Source: Gemmatimonadaceae bacterium (GTDB taxonomy: Bacteria > Gemmatimonadota > Gemmatimonadetes > Gemmatimonadales > Gemmatimonadaceae). Taken from it: a DNA stretch of 64,000 bases. The notes beneath the pieces were generated by a model. It searched no databases. It worked only from the letters and a program-made list of their open reading frames with translations, and had not been told where the DNA came from. Where the stretch lies: positions 18,565-82,564 of the forward strand of contig JAICLZ010000002.1 in NCBI GenBank assembly GCA_025929535.1. Direction: 5' to 3'. Made by a program: the position numbers and the translations under genes. Numbering within the stretch: the stretch's first letter is position 1; each line of letters opens with the position of its first letter. Shown here piece by piece: positions 63,260 to 64,000 of the stretch.

Positions 63260-64000
63260 TTAGCGAGTGCCCGCCGGCCGATCGCCGGCGGCGGTGATGC
63301 GAACCCTGGTGCCCGGTGCGAGTCCCTGCGCCGCGTTCGCGAGCAGCGTGTCACCCACACTCACGCCCGAGCGAATCTCCACCCGGTCCGACGCATTGTC
63401 GTGCACTCCCAGCTGTACGGGCACGCTTTGCACGGTATCGCTCCTGATGCGAAGCACGACAGGCGCGATGCCGCGCTCGTCCACCGCCGTTGTCGGAACC
63501 AAGATTCCCTGACGGCTCTCCGTCGCCACGCGACCGTCCGCGAAGAGACCTCCCACGAGCGTACTCTTCTCGTTGGGGATGGTCACGTACACGCGCACCT
63601 GGCGCGTCGCGGGATCGGCCGTGGGATTGATGCGATCGATGCGTCCCGTGAACGTCTGCGTCCCGTAGCCATTCACGGTGAAAATTACGGGCGTGCCGAT
63701 CTTGAGCGAAGACAGCTGCTCCGCCGGCACCGAGCCCTCGAGACGCATGCTCGCCGGATTCACGACGGTCGCGATCGCGGCGCCGGGCTGCACCACATCG
63801 CCCGCGCTCACGGGGCGGTCGCTCACGATCCCGTTGAACGGTGCGCGGAAGGTCGTCTTGCCGAGCTGCTGCTGCGCCGCGGTGAGACGCGACTGCGCAT
63901 CCGCCATCGCGGCCTGCGCGGCGGCGAGCGCGCGCTGCGCGGCCTCGACATCGCGCGGCGCGACCGCGCCCGCCGCTTCGAGGCGCTGCTGGCGCTCGGC
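63260..64000 (-). CDS. RND efflux periplasmic adaptor (membrane fusion protein), 5' end outside window
   Basis: FRAPFNGIVSDRPVSAGDVVQPG, beta-barrel and MP-domain motifs. The frame stays open past the track Met at 63907 to the window end (coiled-coil AAQRALAAAQAAMADAQ). Confidence 0.85.
   Translation of the reverse strand, partial: AERQQRLEAAGAVAPRDVEAAQRALAAAQAAMADAQSRLTAAQQQLGKTTFRAPFNGIVSDRPVSAGDVVQPGAAIATVVNPASMRLEGSVPAEQLSSLKIGTPVIFTVNGYGTQTFTGRIDRINPTADPATRQVRVYVTIPNEKSTLVGGLFADGRVATESRQGILVPTTAVDERGIAPVVLRIRSDTVQSVPVQLGVHDNASDRVEIRSGVSVGDTLLANAAQGLAPGTRVRITAAGDRPAGTR

Noticed and set aside
60115-63297. 1060-aa plus-strand ORF, and the 680-aa ORF 60977..63019, across the RND pump gene
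   Set aside because: The composition (Arg/Asp/His/Glu runs) is not protein-like. The opposite frame encodes a canonical 12-TM RND transporter.
1-64000. Mobile elements, prophage, rRNA/tRNA genes
   Set aside because: I recognised no transposase, integrase, terminal inverted repeats flanking a cassette, tRNA cloverleaf or rRNA signature. The YD-repeat fragment and the annealase-like gene are the only faintly mobile-element-related sequences.

Overview
This is a very GC-rich (about 68-70 percent by eye), densely coding bacterial chromosomal window. The lineage cannot be determined without a search. The gene content (TonB-dependent receptors with carboxypeptidase-regulatory N-termini, Big_2 lipoprotein, SWIB protein, bacilliredoxin) would fit Gemmatimonadota or a similar group. 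I found no rRNA, tRNA, CRISPR array, transposase or integrase.

Recognisable content, in order:
- sufD-sufU-sufS
- a molybdate/tungstate ABC uptake system split into two parts around a TonB-dependent receptor
- a NatAB-like ABC exporter
- a membrane-stress/bacilliredoxin cluster
- an operon of TonB receptor, hybrid histidine kinase and a small membrane protein
- an APC permease, lepB and a SWIB-domain gene
- a 1 kb repeat-rich non-coding gap
- a roughly 11 kb glycan cluster (27.8-38.5 kb)
- a HlyD/ABC-2/TetR exporter operon
- a three-gene module of annealase-like protein, ECF sigma factor and HTH-less LexA-like S24 peptidase (42.5-44.7 kb)
- an arylsulfotransferase-like lipoprotein
- a RES/Xre(DUF2384) toxin-antitoxin pair
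- nfo, pruA and a PhzF-like gene
- an Hpt/REC/REC-DHp phosphorelay island with no kinase
- two M20 hydrolases flanking panD
- an EamA transporter, a 7x Big_2 lipoprotein and an RND efflux pair

The two best candidates for undescribed biology are these:
1. The glycan cluster. Three mutually homologous small exported proteins are each tightly linked to a different large enzyme: a processive GT2, a GH38 whose predicted nucleophile Asp is Asn, and an unclassified polytopic membrane protein. A PMT_2-type GT-C lies alongside.
2. The S24-peptidase/ECF-sigma module, which looks like a possible DNA-damage-cleavable anti-sigma switch.

All family assignments rest on motif recognition by eye in the supplied translations. 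No database search was run. Start codons are often uncertain in this GC range, and most long Arg/Ala-rich antisense ORFs in the track are artefacts.
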